Virus record (IMG/VR): IMGVR_UViG_3300033143_005712
Span: 1,544 to 65,543 of that record
Strand: one strand, 5' to 3'
Length of the DNA stretch: 64,000 bases
From: a virus
Shown piece by piece: positions 63,707-64,000 of this stretch. The first letter of the stretch is position 1. The number at the start of each line of letters is the position of its first letter. The notes beneath the pieces are model-generated. The model saw nothing but the letters and a program-made list of their open reading frames with translations, was not told where the DNA came from and ran no database searches. A program made the translations under genes and the position numbers.

Positions 63707-64000
63707 TTCTTAAGTTTAAAGGTATGAAATATACGTATTGGAAAGGAACATCTCTTAATACCGATTTCTGTACAATATTAGTAATATGATTAGTGAAAAA
63801 ACCTGTCATGTGACCTGCAATCATTGCTGCACTATGAGAAGTTTGTTTCATAGTACAAGCAGCATCTGCTACTTCTTCATCACTAAATAGATGTTTCTCT
63901 CTATACACTTTTGTATGAGAAGGAGTTACACAAAATATTTGTAACTGCTCCATTGTTAGTCTACCATCAATAAATAAAGCATTTACATGTTCATGTTTTC
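63693..64000 (-). CDS. C-terminal part of a ThiF/E1-like adenylyltransferase (5' truncated by the window edge)
   Basis: Frame is open to the window edge: KHEHVNALFIDGRLTMEQLQIF...LFSDEEVADAACTMKQTSHSAAMIAG. FIDGR and C.xKQT...A.MIA resemble ThiF-family C-termini known from crAss-like phages. Confidence 0.55.
   Translation of the reverse strand, partial: KHEHVNALFIDGRLTMEQLQIFCVTPSHTKVYREKHLFSDEEVADAACTMKQTSHSAAMIAGHMTGFFTNHITNIVQKSVLRDVPFQYVYFIPLNLRNDEF

Larger units (their letters stand above)
1..64000. mobile_element. Segment of a crAss-like (Crassvirales) bacteriophage genome
   Basis: Gene order terminase-portal-scaffold-MCP-ring-tail-muzzle-cargo-giant virion RNAP, followed by an oppositely oriented replication block. 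TAnnTTTG Bacteroidota-type promoter elements and A-rich, mostly SD-less start contexts. No integrase or host genes seen. Confidence 0.93.

Noticed and set aside
1-64000. tRNA, rRNA or other structured RNA genes
   Set aside because: Intergenic gaps are short and I saw no cloverleaf or T-loop GTTCGA signatures by eye; a tRNAscan/Infernal run would be needed to exclude them fully.

Overview
The window is 64 kb of an AT-rich lytic phage genome with the architecture of a crAss-like phage (order Crassvirales; host probably Bacteroidota), translated with standard code 11. Positions 1-625 hold small leftward early-type genes, each preceded by a conserved ~30-bp motif. Positions 625-957 are a divergent strand-switch region. 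Positions 958-58527 form one rightward virion/late block: small DNA-binding and very basic proteins, terminase large subunit, portal, scaffold-like protein, major capsid protein, ring and auxiliary capsid proteins, a tail-fibre/adhesin region, a lysis cassette, a PD-(D/E)XK nuclease, ring and muzzle tail proteins, and ejected cargo proteins. The cargo includes a giant virion RNA polymerase (DYDID catalytic loop). It is split by a +1 frame break from a downstream ORF carrying the apparent RNAP C-terminus, a zincin protease, an ASCH domain and a Dda/RecD-like SF1 helicase. A bidirectional terminator at ~58526-58561 precedes leftward replication-module genes (Zn-finger proteins, exonuclease, resolvase-like nuclease, truncated ThiF/E1-like gene). 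All family calls come from motif recognition and synteny; no database searches were run.
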